Of a DNA stretch of 16,612 nucleotides, positions 16,249 through 16,612 are shown one piece after another; position 1 is the stretch's first letter; every line of letters begins with the position of its first letter. The DNA is from an uncultured bacterium. GTDB taxonomy: Bacteria; Hydrothermota; UBA3073; NMUJ01. The notes below the pieces were generated by a model. That model was given only the letters and a program-made list of their open reading frames with translations. It was not told the DNA's origin and ran no database searches. The stretch is from contig CBFDTI010000028.1 of assembly GCA_965612795.1 (NCBI GenBank), positions 1 through 16,612 on the forward strand, in the 5' to 3' direction. Made by a program: the position numbers and the translations under genes.

Positions 16249-16457
16249 TGGAATGTGTAAACCGCGAGAAAAATTTGAAAACCTGCCCCTGCACATGGGA
16301 GCCATGTGATGTTAAGGGCATATGTTGTGAATGTATAAAACGCCACCTGAAGCATAAGGAGTTACCTGCGTGCTTCTTCACGCCAGAAGCTGAAAGAACC
16401 TACGACCGCTCATTTAGTAAATTCGTCGAGGAGTGGTCGAAACGTGGAAAAGCTTGA
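16248..16457 (+). CDS. Small Cys-rich protein (DUF6485-like)
   Basis: MEC..CPCTWEPCDVKGICCECIKRH..ELPACFF..ERTYDRS; AGGAGG RBS; ATG overlaps the upstream TGA. Confidence 0.8.
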   Translation: MECVNREKNLKTCPCTWEPCDVKGICCECIKRHLKHKELPACFFTPEAERTYDRSFSKFVEEWSKRGKA

Positions 16458-16566
16458 AATTGGGCAAATGATTGACAATCCTCCAAATAGGTTAAGTAAT
16501 GAAGTTGAATTTTAAATTGCTTGAATTGCAGATATTAGATTTAGATTTTATCAGTAAGGGGGCAAA

Positions 16567-16612
16567 ATGATAGAACTGTTACGACGTGCGTTAGAGATAG
16601 CGGATACGGAGT
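16567..16612 (+). CDS. Start of a CDS running off the window (MIELLRRALEIADTE...), product not determinable
   Basis: AAGGGG RBS, ATG 16567, open to the window end; TTGACA at 16472-16477 upstream. Confidence 0.55.
   Translation, partial: MIELLRRALEIADTE

Noticed and set aside
535..16355. Many short antisense or overlapping ORFs in the track (e.g. 1688-1924, 2520-2984, 6480-6809, 7768-8215, 10032-10382, 11341-11625)
   Set aside because: They lie within or across well-supported genes and show no recognisable motifs; consistent with shadow ORFs.
16500..16552. AT-rich short repeats (AGATATTAGATTTAGATTTTA)
   Set aside because: Low-complexity intergenic sequence with no repeat-spacer periodicity; not a CRISPR array.

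Overview
Bacterial chromosomal window, mostly housekeeping. The long PPXD insertion in SecA, the Wzi-like barrel, the YbeY His-to-Asp variant and the promoter style suggest an FCB-superphylum or related lineage (inference). Left to right: a 5'-truncated Wzi-like outer-membrane protein (+); a minus-strand xerC-mtaB-ATP-dependent DNA ligase cluster; a probable acquired islet at the 3' end of tRNA-Asn(GTT), holding a B12-binding radical SAM gene fused to a degraded Zn-alcohol dehydrogenase pseudogene that the ORF track does not resolve; a DUF318/ArsP-type permease plus small thioredoxin, preceded by a structured leader with a 30-codon Cys/Trp-rich uORF; a small Cys/His-tailed membrane protein; then on + secA, a coiled-coil lipoprotein, a coiled-coil LysM protein, phoH, ybeY, two CNNM/CorB genes, a Cys-rich small protein and the start of another CDS. 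Best leads: a SecA lacking the C-terminal SEC-C zinc finger but carrying a 6-Cys insertion in NBD2, the uORF/switch-like permease leader, the lipoprotein-LysM pair as a possible two-part membrane-peptidoglycan tether, and a recurrent 15-bp-spacer promoter architecture. All family calls are from motif recognition; no database searches were run.
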